64,000 nt of DNA from the human T2T-CHM13v2.0 reference genome, Homo sapiens (GCF_009914755.1 NC_060936.1), one strand, 5' to 3'. Positions 34,173 to 56,034 are shown, numbered from the stretch's first letter. Notes: generated by a model not told the origin, from the letters alone. A program made the numbers and translations.

Positions 34173-35873
34173 CTTCTGCCCTCCCAATGATCCTTCCTCC
34201 CAATTTTTATTAATTATATTCTCCTCTAAAAGACTCAACTGTAATGAAATAGGATTAGGTCCTTCTCTATAAATTTAATCATGCTACTTGATTCTGCAGT
34301 AAATCATACTTAGGTAACACTATTGAAACTATCCATTGGTGATACCACCTTTGGACAAAGCCCAAAAGAATTACATTCTCTATATCATAGAAAACAAAAT
34401 TTACACGTTGTAAACCTTGACAATGCACAAATAATGTCAGAGAACAATTAGGGGGTAAAGAGATTTGTGTGTCATATTTAGAGAAGCAGTTGACAGGTTT
34501 ATAAGGCACAAGCTCTGAGAGGAAAGTTGATGCTTTATGGAAAGTGCCCATCATCATTTTGACCAGTGGAAGATGGTGTAAGAAATTAGAGGCAAAGAGA
34601 GAGGGCAGAAAGGTGAGGCTTCAGGGAACCAAAGAGCAAAGCCAGCCAGAAAGGATGAAAGACTACGCTCTTCCCTGTGGTTACAGGATAGCAGAGATCC
34701 AGCCCAAAAGGGCTCCTCGACTTCATATGACTCCAAGATTAGGTGCTTTTGCTCTGAAATATTTCAGAAACCATAAGAGTGAGTGTGGGAAGAAAAAACG
34801 TTCCACCTTCTTCAACTCTGAAGCACTAAAATCCATTGTGAAAGCCCCATTTTTAGGGCAACTGCAATTTAGTCATTCACAAGGCAACTCACTTTACAGT
34901 TAGTCCACTTGAGGTTCTGAATTAAAGGATGCCACAGCCACTTCCAGAAATGCCTGTGGAATTACACCTTATTGGAGGGGATATGTCTAGTTGACATCAA
35001 TTCCGCTTTCCCTAAGATATATGTGCATGTCTTATGCATCGTTAAGCACGTTCTCACTTCAAAACCTCTGGTCATTCTATTCCTCCTAACAGGCTTAAAA
35101 CCCTACTTTTCACATGCCTTCTTCTTTTCATGCCACAGATCTCTGGTTAAATGTTAACATCTTAGTGAGGTCTTCCCTTACCATTCTATCTAAGTACCTT
35201 GCTACTGTCATCTGTCTCAGGCTGTCAGTCCACTAATCTTAGTTGAACACCTACTATGTGCCAGGCACTGTTCAGTCTTAGGACATACAACTGTGACCAG
35301 ATAAAAGCCCCATCCTTGAGGAGCATTTTGAAATTACTTGTTTGTACATCTTGAAATAACTTAATTTTTGTTTGCTTTTTTTTTTTTTGAGGGAGGGACT
35401 CACTTACCCCTAGAATATAAGCTCCACAAAGAGCATGAGCAAGGTTTGTTTAGTTCATCATCATATGCATCCCCAGCACCTAGTACAAGGCATGCATTCA
35501 CACAGCATTTGTGAACAAATCAAGGAATAGATGATCCCTTCACTTCACATGCTGACTACCAATTGATTGGAATCCAAGGGACACTAGACTTGAGTTTGGA
35601 GTTTGATCCATAGATACAGATTAGTGATTGGGAGCCAGATGAGAAGAGACGAACTTTTATGGTGAGGTCCCCACATCTGCCCTGTCTCATTCCTGCCTGT
35701 CCCAGTGCCTAGTAGTCTAACTCTTCTAGGAGCTGATGAAATAAAGCTTCCTTCCCATAAATTTCCTGAGGTCGGTTTTAATTACTCTATATCTGGCAAT
35801 TGATTAATGCAACTGATTAGCAAAAAAGAACATTAATCGGCTCACATCCAAATCTGGTTTAAAATGCTTCAAG

Positions 35874-35990
35874 GGCAGGTGCAATGGCACATGCCTGTAA
35901 TCGCAGCTACTTGGGAGGCTAATTTGGGAGGATTGCTTGAAGCCAAGAGCTCAAGACCAGCCTGAGCAACATAGTGAGACTCTAAAAAAA
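35874..35990 (+). mobile_element. FLAM (free left Alu monomer)
   Basis: Single left-type monomer followed by an A tail. Confidence 0.75.
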
Positions 35991-36302
35991 GTTTTTTAAT
36001 AAACAAATTAAAATAAAATGTTTCCATGTTTCCTGTTCTTAGAATAAAATCCAGGCTCTTTACTGGTGCTGGAAAGGCCCTACATGGCCTGGTTGTACTT
36101 ACCTCTTCTATCTTATCTCCTACCCTCGATGGCTTTCTTTCTGTTTCTTAAGTACTCTGAGTTCTTTTCCACCCCAGAACCTTTGCACATCCCATTCCCA
36201 TTGCCTGGAATGCTATTTCCTCAGCTCTTCAAATGTCTGGCTTCTCCTTAGTCACCAGATCTCTGCTCAAACATCACCTCCCCAAGGAGGCATTCTCAAG
36301 CA

Positions 36303-36690
36303 GTCCTGCACCCAGCAGGATTCAGTCGGCACATTCACAATACGAACGTTAGAGGAAGGACTATTTACAAAAGCATGGGGAACCATAAGGAATAGTGAAG
36401 CACCCCAGGAGCAAGAGAGGGGCTGTTACCCCTGTTAGGCCTGAAGCGAAGAGGGCAGGAGCATTCCGGAATACGAAAGGAGAGCTCTATGAAGACAGCT
36501 GCCCTTAGAGGACGTGTGGCCGTCAACCCAGTGATTCACCCAGCTCAAGGCAACTCAGAAAGGAGGGGGCCAAGGAGGAAAGCACCCTGACATCACTCTC
36601 CACCCTCCCTCCATTCTTCTCCATTCTCGAGGACTCTGTGTTGGCCAAACCCATCCAACACTAGAAGGCAAGAAAGCTTGTTGATGTAGA
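36303..36690 (-). mobile_element. ERVL LTR (LTR41-like), followed by MER58 (36693-36870)
   Basis: ggactatttacaaaag, ctgttacccctgttaggcctgaag and ttggccaaaccc motifs. Confidence 0.55.
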
Positions 36691-36872
36691 ATTGGGGTTG
36701 ACAAATGTTTTCTAGTAAGTATTTTCAGCTTTTCAAGTCATGCAGTCTCTGTCATAACTACTCAATTCTGCCATCGTAGCGTAGACCATACATAAATAAA
36801 TGAGTGTGGCTGTGTTCCAATAAAACTTTATTTACAAAAACAGGCAGCAGGCCATCATTTACTGGTCCTTGA

Positions 36873-37723
<851 letters not shown>

Positions 37724-38128
37724 TCAAATAAAATAACATGTAACTAATAAAGTATGATACAGGCTGACAAAAAATCCAGAATATCTGTTCTCCTTAAGTA
37801 AGGTGCACCAGATAGTGTGCTCCAAATAGAACTCTGTTCTCCCTCTCGAGGCCACACCAAAGTGCAGTTCTCGTCTACTCCCAGTCTTCCTAGCACCCTC
37901 TCCAGACCAACTGTGCTCATCTACCACTCTCAGTGCCTCCACCATCCATCACTCTGGTTGCAATTCCCTGCCCAACTTTCAGTCCTTCAAGCCCTAAGTG
38001 GTTTGGAGTTCAGAGTCTTTGAAAATAATTCTGCTTCATGAGACCTCTCCCCAATCCTCCCAGCATAGACAGACTTGCTTTGAGTGTCTCCATTTCATCT
38101 GATGATGCCACAGTACTTTCCTGGGTAG

Positions 38129-38512
<384 letters not shown>

Positions 38513-39081
38513 ATGCTTTCTTATTTTTCATACAAAAGATGACAAATTCCCCAAAAGTATCCAACAAAAGGAAAACAATTAAATTATCATACAATTTTTA
38601 AAGCGATCAAAAATGATTATCATCAAGTTTTAAAGCAATCAAAAAGAGAATCACAATTTGCAAAGGGTTTAGTATACAGCATTAAGTTTTTAAAAAATCA
38701 AGATACCAAATTGTGTATGTACTTTTATTGCAAGTGTATGAAAATTGCACCTGGATCCAAGGACTAGAAGAGAGTATGAGGAATGTCAATGCTAGTATAT
38801 TAGAGTATGGGTGGTTTCCCTCTGATTTCCATTACCACTTCTATATTTGCTAATTATTATAAGCAGCTCATCCATGAGCTACAGAGTATGGTCCAATACA
38901 CAGCATTTTGTATCATCAATTCAGCAAGAAGAGTGACAGGTGGACGCTTTCTTAGTATCTGGTACAATGAAGGACAAATAGGGAAAGAATTGCATTTTAA
39001 GCCTGAGAGGCTGAGTTTTATTTAATATGGTCCTCTGTCCAGAAGTAGTTTCATTAAAAGGTATGGCTTAAGAAATTAACG

Positions 39082-39435
<354 letters not shown>

Positions 39436-39727
39436 CTATACTTCCTCTCCTCTGTTTTTCCCTTTTTTCTTTTTTTTTTTTTTTTTTTTTGTGAGAGGAC
39501 CAAAGTTGTTGGAAAGTGGAAAGGTAAATGGTTTTCTAATAATATTAGCCAAAAAGACACTGTTATTTTGTAGCAAACCCCTGAGACCACAGCAGTTACT
39601 TTATGGCTTTATGACTACTAACGGCTGGCACTTGAGACTAATGCGAAATTTGGCAGCAAATACTTGCAACCTCTTACCATTTCCTAAAGATCTGGACTCT
39701 CTCTCTTATATTCTCACAGATCAGCAG

Positions 39728-39729
<2 letters not shown>

Positions 39730-39791
<62 letters not shown>
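39730..39791. repeat. (CT)~30 microsatellite
   Basis: Seen directly. Confidence 0.95.
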
Positions 39792-39794
<3 letters not shown>

Positions 39795-41711
39795 CCTCCC
39801 CCACCCCCTGCCCCTCCACCCCAGCCCACTTTTATTTTGGAATCCCAGACATAGCTAAGATCAAATGCACAGATTTCCAGCACACATTCATAGATTCAAC
39901 ACCAATCCATTGCCATTGAATGTTATAAATTCGGGGATCCATTTGGCATTGGGAAGTTGTTCTTTGAATCCATCTCATTTCATCTCTTATGAAGCATCTC
40001 ATGTCTGTAGTCTATTGAATCTATGGTTGTTTCCTTGGCCTAAATTTTAATTTTACCTTTCATACATATCTTACGATACAACTTCTCAACCAGCCAATCT
40101 GAATTGTTTCTCTGCTCTTTCAAAGACTGATATCTACCCTGTAAGATCACAATTCACAAAGAAAAGATCACGAATGCAGACACTCAGATACAAAAGAGAT
40201 TCATCACAGCAATTTTTAAAATAACTGTATAAACACTAAAAATAACTGCAATACTTAGTGATCAGGGCATGGTGACATAAATAATAATTCATTTAATCAA
40301 TGGGAAATTACTCAGACCATGAAAATATCTGCAAAGGATGTTAACCATCATATAATGTTGCGTGAGAAAAAGAGGAAACAAAACTGTATATAATTCCATT
40401 TTAGTGGAAAATGATATATACATATACAAAGAAGACCAGAAGGAAATAGTTCCTTCTGTTTGTAGTGGTTACTTGGATGACACCTCCTTCTGTTTATGTT
40501 TTTCTTCATTTTCTCAATTTTCTTAAATGAATACGTATTACTTTTACATTTGGAAATAAACTTGTTTCAAAGATCAAAAAGGCAAGTTGCTACACTAGAA
40601 TCCAGAAAGCTACAGTAAGCCTTTCCCCTCTCCTAGGCTGGCTATTAGAAAGTTGCTTTCTCTTCTGTCTCATTTGAAAGAGGGTAGGTATTGCCACATT
40701 ATTAAGCAATCAGCCAGTAGGGTTCATCCAAGAACAATAAACTGACCTCTCAAGAGAAAATTAGTGAAGCTCAGGAAATTAGAGCTGGAAACCCCCACTG
40801 AGTGATCTAATGCATCCCTCAAGAATCAGCACCATATACATTACATTTTCTGGTGTAGGCACTTTCTTTTCAATTTAATTTGAAAAGTTTCAAGTGATGG
40901 CAATTTCACTGCTACATCTTAGACCAGTCAACAAGCTATTAATCCATCTTCCCTGAGCAGAGCATAATAACTCCAATGAACTTCAGAGATATCCATTTAA
41001 CTTTCTGGCCTGGACCTGCCAGCTGAACAAATATCTCAGACCGAGTTCAAATTCTGGCACCTCCTCTTAGCCAGAAGACTTTACACAAGTCCCTTTACCT
41101 ATCTGTTCCTAGGTTTCCTCATTTGGGAAAAAGAAAACCTCATCACCTCCCTCAGAAAATTTGCTGTAGGAATTAAATGAGATGATACACACAGGGAATG
41201 CACTTAGTGCAACAGTGGTGCTCGGTCAATGTTTGGCGATTCTAGAGTGCTCGGCTCATGTTAAGCAGTTGTTTTCCTGGCAGAAGAAACAGTCCACAAT
41301 GAGTCAACAATCCCTTCTTTTGGCTTTCCCTAGATGACACTAGTGGGTTACAGTGAACAATATAGTTCAAAACTTTGAAAAGCAAAATTTCATTTGGTAC
41401 CCAAACCTTGGGCTACTGGCACCAACGAAATTAACTAGCCTCATCAACACCTGTGAAAAGAAGGGGGAAAAATAAAAATACAAATATTTTTAAAATAAAT
41501 TAGGCTCAGATCACAAATATGGTTCAGAGAGCACTTTTTCATTGTGAATAAGAGCCAGAATTGGAAGCCCAGGAGGATGGGAAAAAGAAGACATGGAATG
41601 AAGAGTCACATTTGAGAATGAATCAATAGTTTGATGAATAATTCATGGAGAGGCTGAAGGAAAGAGAAGAAGAATGCTGCCAAGTACCTAACTTGGAGGA
41701 CTAAATTCACA

Positions 41712-42332
<621 letters not shown>

Positions 42333-42608
42333 AGAAAGGAGATACTTGGCAGAAGAGATTGGAAAAGTGAGCAGTGTTCATTGACCAAAGACCAAGCCTT
42401 GAGAAGCAAGTTCTTAGGGAAGACAATGAGTTCCTCTTTGACACATTGAGTTTGGGACACCTGAGAGGATTTCCAAGCTAAAGATCCTGGACTGTGTCCT
42501 AAGAATTAGAGACAGAACTGGGATCTGAGAAATTGCTCAGTTGCATCAGAATCACCAGGGAGTATTCTAAAAATACAGTTTTCTCAGGCATTAAAAGTAC
42601 AGATTTCT

Positions 42609-42961
<353 letters not shown>

Positions 42962-43292
42962 TCAAAACCTGAAAATCATTTTTTTCAATACATCCAGGTA
43001 ATTTTGGTCAGTTCATTCAAGAAACATTTCTTGCATTCCTACTATGCACCAGGACAATTCTTAAGTGCTGGAAATATAGTTCTGAACAGGTTGGACAGGC
43101 TATAGTCTAGAGATAGAACAAAGAGTGAACAAGTAAAGAAATAAATTACAATTGTGACACGCTACACACACAAAAAATAATAAACTGGCAAGAATAAAAT
43201 AAGGATGGAGACCTACACTAGATAATCTACAAGAAGACCTCTCTTTGAGGAAGTGACTTGACCTGTCACCTGAGGAATAAGAAGGAGGAGCC

Positions 43293-43560
43293 TCCCAGCA
43301 CTTTGGGAGGCCAAAGCGGGTGGATCATGAGGTCAGGAGTTCAAGACCAGCCTGGCCAAGATGGTGAAACCCTGTGTCTACTAAAAATACAAAAATTAGC
43401 TGGGCGTGGTGGCAGACACCTGTAATCCCAGCTACTCGGGAGGCTGAGGCAGAGAATTGCTTGAACCCAGGAGGTGGAGGTTGCAGTGAGCCGAGATCAC
43501 ACCACTGCACTCCAGCCTGGGTGACAGAGTGAGACTCCAACTCAAAGTAAAAAAAAAAAG
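43293..43560 (+). mobile_element. 5'-truncated AluS
   Basis: Starts at tcccagcactttggg; TSD aagaag(g/c)aggagcc. Confidence 0.88.
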
Positions 43561-45099
43561 AAGCAGGAGCCATGTGACAGCCAGGGAAAAACAGCCGAGG
43601 CAGAGGGAACAGCCAATGCAAAGACTTGGTTGAGAATTCAGTAGATGAATCTAATCTTTTAGTTACTCCCATTTTATTAATCCATCAAAATGAGAAAGAA
43701 GGCATGGCGGAGAATGTACTATTTCATCTTTGTGTGTTCACCCAGCAAGCTATACTAAGCACATCCCTTGTACCAGGAACTGTGCCAGATGCTGACACAA
43801 AGATGAGCCAGATGACCCCTTCTCTCGGGGAGTGTGCAGTCCAATGAGGGAGGCAGATAACAAAATAAGTATGGCTCATGAGATAAGTGAGAATCTCCCA
43901 GGCAATCAGCTTATATTCTGAGAAAGCCAAGAAGATGATTAATAGTTTCAAGTATGATGATGTGAGCAATTGCTTTTGACACTGCATGATCAAATTATTT
44001 TCACTTCTTTGTGGTCCTGCAGCTCAGAATACCTGGATTTTTGGTGAAATATTAGCAAGGGATATCAAGTTTAGGATACTGTATAATGCACTATATGTTT
44101 CAGAATATAAGGAGAAATAGTATGCTAATAATAGCTAATATTTATTGAGCACATGGATTGACCTGGATAATGTACCATCTCATAGAAGAGTCACTACGAC
44201 TTTATGAGGCAGGGACTATTATTTCCCCTTTTTCAGATGGAGAAATAGGGGCTTAGCAAGATGAAGGGGCTTTCCTGAAGTGACAATTTCCTAGTTCTGT
44301 CTGGATTCAAGCTTCAGTTCTGGTCCATACGGCCCTCTCATGAATAGCTTAGACACTGATACAATTGCTTTTCTCACACTAGTCCCCAAAGTGGATACCT
44401 TGTTCTTCTTCCCAGCCCACTCATCCATCTAGGTTGCCTAGGCCAGCCTGATCTACCTGCATTTCTCCCCAGGGGTCCTGCAGGTGGAAAAGTGGAAAGA
44501 AGAATTCCTTGTTTCCACACTGGGGAGGGCACCTGGACGGGCATGGACCGGGCAGTGCCCACTGACTGACTATACTGGACTCCAGTCTCTTGAGCCCCAA
44601 GTAGAATGTGGAAAGCTTTGAGGCCAAAGCTGGGCACCTGGTTCCCACCCCACCTGGGGGAGGGGGTCGGGGGGAGGAGAAATTCCTGGGGCTCAGTGTT
44701 CAAGGTCTGAGGCACAGGAGACAAATCAAATGCCCAGGCACCAGACAGTTAAGGTAAAACGTTGAAGTCAAGAGGAAGTAGTGAGTCTGTTGCCAACTGG
44801 ATAGGGTTGGTCCTGTCCCATCTAAATGTATTAGAATTAAGTGGCTTTTAAAAATGAGCTGGTCATCTTCAGCCCACGGGCTGGCCAATTTGGAACTTAA
44901 TGGGCCTTTGCGTCCTCCTTCCCTGAGCCTCCTTTTATTCCAGACTTCTCAGTGTGAGTCTGTGCGTCCCTCCGACGATCTCAGGGAGTGGGGTGCCTTC
45001 ATCTGCCTGTTCCCTGTTCCTCAGGCTGACGCTCCCGCTGTCCTCCCCGCCTCCCCTCACTCCTTTTCTCCCTCCCTTCCTCCTTGTGGGGAGGCTCTT

Positions 45100-46930
<1,831 letters not shown>

Positions 46931-47915
46931 CTGAAGTTCAGACAAGTCTGTATTCAAATCCCAATTCTCCCACTTTCTAGCTGTGTGATCTCTGAAGTCA
47001 CTGCATCTCTGAACCTCAGTCTCTTTGTAAAACCAGAATAATCATAGCCATGTTTCTTGGGGTTGTTGGGAGCATTCATGACATAAATAATTGTAAAGTG
47101 CTTAGAACAGTGACCAGCACGGTATCTTTACAAAATCTTTACTCAAATGTCACTTCATGAGGCCTTCTGTGATTACTGTTTAAAATCAGGACCCCCATCC
47201 ACCCACCCCGCGCAAGCTCTGTTCTTCCTTCCCTGCTACCTTTTGACCAAATTACTTCTCTCCATCTGATATAGTATTTTAATTATTTGTATGTTTACAG
47301 TCTGTGTCCCTCTCATTAGAATATAAGCTCCATAAGGGCAGGAATATTTGTTGGTTCCTGTATCTTCAGCATCTAGAAGAAAATGTGGCACGTGGTAGAT
47401 GCTTAATAAGTATCATGAAATGAATGCATGCATGAATGAATGGTGTGGATGAATCATTAACCTTTTTTTCCCATCCTGGAGGCCCGGAAGCCGTCGCATC
47501 CGGTTCCTTCCGACCAACCAGCCAATTTCCTCCCTTCCTTCCTCTCCCCATATATCCGGTCTTGACTTTTTTTGCCGAGAGTCTGGAAACAATGCTGCAG
47601 CCAAATTCTCCAGGCAGCAGCGGACTGTCTGGCTGGCACTGGTGCCCACATTCTATCCTGGTTTATTAATGAAGCAGCCAATTCACTCCTTTCCCAGTGC
47701 CACTTAGAAAACTGCCTGCAAAGGCTTTTTCCCTCATTGGTCTGAAATGAGCTGGCACTCCAGATGGTAGTGACAGGTCAGATATTAATGATGCTGCTTG
47801 GTATGCCCTGGGAGATGAGGTTTGCACATGCTTTGAATTGAAACTTCCTTTTCTAATCCCCTCTTCCCCATTCCCTCCCCCACTGGAGACAGTTTACTAT
47901 GGACAAGTTTGTATC

Positions 47916-48222
47916 TTTTTTTTTTTTTTTTTTTTTTTTGAGACGGAGTCTTGCTCTGTCACCCAGGCTGGAGTGCAGTGGCACAATCTCGGCTCACTGC
48001 AACCTCCACCTCCCGGGTTCAAGCGATCCTTCCACCCCAGCCACCCCAACCAGCTGGGACTACAGACGCCGGCCACCACGCCCGACTAATTTTTGTATTT
48101 TTAGTAGAGACAGGGTTTGACCATGTTGCCCAGGCTGATCTCAAACTCCTGACCTCAAGTGATCTGCCCGCCTCAGCCTCCCAGAGTGCTGGGATTACAT
48201 GGGTGAGCCACTGCGCCCGGCC
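47916..48222 (-). mobile_element. AluS (intron 1, antisense)
   Basis: TSD caagtt(t)tgta. Confidence 0.9.
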
Positions 48223-50589
48223 AAGTTTTGTACCTTTTTAAAGCCTTGGTTTCTTCATCTATAAAATGGGAATGTGAAAGCTGTTTTAAGTTGAGCAAAA
48301 CTGTTGTAAGGATGAAACAAAACAAAGCATTCTAGTTCTTAGCACTATGCTAGGTACATGCAATAATTGTCAGACAGATGTATAGATTTGGAACCTGGAG
48401 ATATCATGTTACATATAAAAACAAACAGAAATTCTAAACAGTGTGTCCTACACCCTTCCTGTTGCACTGGAAGTCTTTTCCCATTGATATATAGTGCAGC
48501 TCTGGACTTGATCAGTTTCATCACAAGGACTCCAAAGGACAAAGGACAAAGAGGAAGAGGAAGGATGTGCAGTAGAAAGGTGGGAGACCAATTCTGCCAG
48601 GCGTTTGCTTCCCCTAGGGTCTCTTGTGATGTTCAGTCCTGGCAATTTTCAACTCTCACTTCTCTGTAATTTATGATTTGTGGTGCCCTCAATGATTTGG
48701 GGTGTTACTGGCATTTGGTGGAAAAAGCCAAAGTACTAATGTCTGCCATGCTAGGGGCTGTCCCCCAGTGAAGAATGGGCACATTCCCAATACCAAGACC
48801 ATCCCAATGAAGAAGCACTGTAGGATGATGCAAATTGATATAAACATGCATGTGTGGAACATACTGACAAGGCTCAAAATAATTAGTTTCCAGAATGGTA
48901 AAAAAAAAAAAAGAGCCAACAATCTCAAAACAATCAATGCTTAAATATTTATTACACCAAGCCTGAGAAGCTTTCTATAAAATCACCAAATTAGAGTAGG
49001 TGCTGGCAAAGAAAACTACTTTGGAAAAATACACATTCAAGAAGAGTGTTCTTCGAGTGGTGGATTTCTGTGTTCTTTCTACCACCCCATGTAGAACCAG
49101 GGGAGTCCTGGGGTCCTGGGGGTTAGGAGGTGGCACACTACAGACAAGCTCTAGTCCAACATGTCATGTGGTATTGGATGTTGATGGGTCAAGCATTGTC
49201 AGGGACACAGAAGTGTTTCTTCCTCTATATATTGAAAGTCTGTTTATTGAAAGCATACTTAACCTCAATTTGAGGGACGCATGTCTCAAGAATTTCCCCC
49301 TAGACTGGGTTCCTGGTAGCTCATATTGCATCGTTGTGTGAATTTGAATATGGCACATTTTCTCCATGCAGACACAGCCCTCCACCAGGGCACATAGCTT
49401 GGTGAGGAGCACAAGCTGGCTTTCAGGCCTCATTCAACATGATCTCACCCATCCCTGGCTATCTGTTTATTCCATGTGAAAGAACCCTATAATTTCCTAA
49501 TGTGGCCCTCGACCCTGGAGAAAGAATATTTATTTGTTATTCAACATGTACTTATTGAGCATCTATTATGTGCCAGGCTCTATTCCAGCTATTCCTTTAT
49601 CTCTATCAAGTGGCAAATAAGATCAGCAAGGTCTCTGCCCTCCTGGATCTCAAAGAAGTGGGGCTCTAGGCAAGTTGCAAGAGTGTTGGCAAATTTAGGG
49701 TTAGTTCACTGTCTATTGGTTTTGTAGCTGGAATTTGCTACCTGACTCAGAAGACGAGTTTGTGCCCACCCTCAATTCTTGATGACATCATGATGTAATC
49801 ATTTGCAAAACTGAACCAACTGGTCACTCTAATTATGGATACACAATAACCAATGACTTTTGACTGGATGGCTTATAAGCTTTTCATTAGCACATCTGTC
49901 TCACACCTACCAATAGGTGTGTGGGGATTTGCCCTTTATTGGGGGACAATTCATGGCATGGCAGGACAGTAGTACTTTGAGTCTTTCCACCAAATACCAG
50001 TAGCACCCCAAAATCATTGAGACCACCACAGATAGCTCCCACATTTCTAAATGCCTTCAAGGGGAATGGTGCAACCCCTAGTCGAGATTCTCAAGCACAC
50101 CATTGCCTGAGATGTCTTACATACCTGTCTAGAGAACCTGTCTAGAGACCAACCATTAAGGTTCAAATCCTTTTCTTTGATGTGCTTATGATTTTATGCA
50201 AGTGCCTCGATCTTTCTGAAGCTTGGTCTTTCCACCTTGTAAATGGGGGTTGTGATAGTATTTACCCAAGTGCAATTGTGGAGATTAGATAATAAAAGTT
50301 AAAAGTTTTCAGGTCACTGCTTAGAATACAGCTAGAATTCAATAAGTATTGATGTTGATGATGGTGATGTAGATGATGGAAGACGTGTCTGTTCTAGAGA
50401 TACAAGCCATTATCTTTCCCAGTTTTTCTGTTTTTACTGAGACTAGCAAATTTGATAAGAATAAAACAATGATCAGTAGTAGACATGTCACTGGAATAAA
50501 AATTTGTTGCAGCATAAAGGTAAATATTAATGCCAAACTGAAACACATACAAATAAGCAAAGAGGACTTTCGATTAATCGTGAAATATT

Positions 50590-53380
<2,791 letters not shown>

Positions 53381-54403
53381 CAACCAGTCTCTCACCCCCA
53401 CAGAAGATGCAGTTGATAATGGATGGTTGGCCTGAAGGCTTTATCACAACCCATTATCTGGTTGTGGGCTGGCACTGTAAGCCACAGCCATGCCCCAAGT
53501 CTGACCATACCTGCTGTGGATGATAAGGTCAGTGGTCAGTAAATACTCACAGGATGAAAAACAAAACAAACCACGTGTTTTTTCCATCTGACCCGAGCTC
53601 CACCAGAGCTTGAAACATAGTTTTGACTGCTCACACGTCAAAACTGCTTCAAGTGGACTTCAGCTAGGTGTAGGGAGAAGATCATGTGTGTCTGTGAACT
53701 TGGAAATAACAGGTCTTGGTGCAGGCAACTGATCCAGAGAGCTTGACGCTGCCCACTAGTTGGAGCACCAAATGCTGATTCATTGGATCTCTCCCTGTCA
53801 CTTCTCCCAATGTTCTCTGGCTCTTTCCACAGCTGAGATTGTCACCTGAGAAATGGCGTATTAAAATTACAGACCCCTGTGAATTATTTCTTGTGAATTT
53901 CTTGCTTGAAGCTCTGAAGAGCATTCAGATGGTTCCAGATGATGAAGACCCTGTCTGAAGTGTGTCATCATGGGAAGGCCGCATTCCAGATACCCATAGA
54001 TTTTGCAAATATGCACATTTCCCCAGCAGCCCTGCCTCATCAGTTACTTGCATAAGTTTTGCCACTTGGTGGCCACTGACATTTGGTATTTAGGAACCTA
54101 GAATTTAAACTGTTTTTAGAGTCCTTTCAGATCATTAGCAGTACAGACTATGTCTATTTCAAGATGTAAATCTGTGTGCTCCTAATTTTAAAAAATACAT
54201 TTTAAGAGCCATTTAAATTTACTGATGACATGCTGTAATGGCTGGGTTTGTTGTAACATAATATGTGGGGATAGAGATAAAACAAGATTGGCCACTAATG
54301 CATGACAGTGGAAGCTGGGTTATGGGAACATGGGGATTTTATTATATTACCCTGTCAAACTGTGTATACATTTAAAGCTTTCCATAATAAAAAGTAAAAA
54401 GAG

Positions 54404-54730
54404 GGCCAGGCACGGAAGCTCATGCCTGTAATCCCAGCACTTCAGGAGGCTGAGGCGGGTGGACCACCTGAGCGCAGAAGCTCGAGACAAACCTGGGTAA
54501 CATGATAAAACCCCGTCCCTACAAAAATAAAAATAAAAATAAAAATAAAAAATCAGCTGGGCACAGCAGTGAGTGCCTGTAATCCAAGCTACCCAAAAGG
54601 CAGAGGCAGGAAAATCACTTGAGCCCAGGAGGCAGAGGTTGCAGGGAGCCGAGATCACGCCACTGCACTCTAGCCTGGGCAACAGAACGAGAACCTGTCT
54701 CAAAACAAACAAAAAAAGTAAAAAGAAAGA
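54404..54730 (+). mobile_element. AluJ with an expanded (TAAAAA)n linker
   Basis: Alu dimer. Confidence 0.85.
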
Positions 54731-56034
54731 AATCCAGATAGAACCTCCCCTCCTAAGTCATTATCCGCCCAGATGAGTGGCAGATAAGATAACAAGACAG
54801 CAGCTATTAAATGAGTTGGCCAAAAAGGCTGTGGTTGAGGTAGAGCTTGTCATTAAATAGTAAGAAAACTATTTCTGGCTTATGTGTGAATGTCAATGAT
54901 GACTTTGAAGAATACCTTCAAATAATCATCAAGGTGAGCCCAGGTAGGACTCACATCCTAGAACTTTAATCACCTAAGGATCTTGTTAAAATGCAGACTC
55001 CACTCCTCTTTCAAGGCTCAGCTAGAAAATCACCTCCTCCATGAAGCCTTTTTTGATTGCCTCCTCTCTTTCACTCAAGGTTGTGCCCTCTTTACTCTAA
55101 ACAGATTTCCTCTTGGATCATCTTTACTTCCTTGCACTGATTTGTGTATGTGAGGCCCTTAAGATTACACTGTTAGCCCCAGCACCTAGCACAATGTCAA
55201 GCATGAAGTCCACATGTAACAAACATTTGATGAATGAATAAATGAATTAATGAATGAATGACTACATAGGCCAAAGTCTGCTCCTACCTTTATCTCTGAG
55301 GGTTTGCTTCCCTTCCCCAACTGTGTTCTGCATTCCTGCCAAAACCTTTTTTGGAAAATATCCAGGAGACTCAGGCAAATGCCAAGGGTCACTGAGAGGT
55401 TGGCCAAGTCTTGGTTCACAAGGATAATTTTCCTGGCTGGTCCAGAGCTCACCAATATGCTCACACTGCAGACCAGTTGGTCCACGTTTAGAAATTTGTC
55501 TTTATTCTCAGCTCGTTAGTTCAGGGCAGGACACTCTTCAGCTCAAAGCCCCTCATCCAAAAATGTGAGCCTGAACATACCTGAGAATGTCCAGGTCTTC
55601 AAGTTCAAGAATTAAGCCAGACTTTCCAACATGGTGCTTCTCAGAAAACTAGTTGTGTGTGGTGATAACAAATTTTACCAAAAAAGGTACAGGTGCAGGA
55701 GAGGATTAAATTGAGAAACCAAATGCTGAGTTGAGCAAAAGTTAAGTCTTTTCTTTCCTTTGGAGCTTTTCGGAGCCTTTGGCAAACCCCTGTGCATTAT
55801 GGCTCTTTAATGGAATAATATAGTATGGGGCATTTACTAAGCATTTTCCTGGATTCTTGGATCGTAAGGCTAATATGCCACAGCACACATTTTGGGAAAT
55901 ACTGTTCTTAATAATACTTTGATTCTCACTTTAATGAGTACAGCTGCTATTGATATGGGAAGATTGCATGGTACTCCATCCTTAACATTCTTGCATTGTA
56001 GACCCACCTCTCCCCCTTTCTTCCAACTTGCATG

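Noticed and set aside
34544-34903. 119-aa ORF in unique sequence
   Set aside because: Non-ATG start, no recognisable homology, no convincing splice context.
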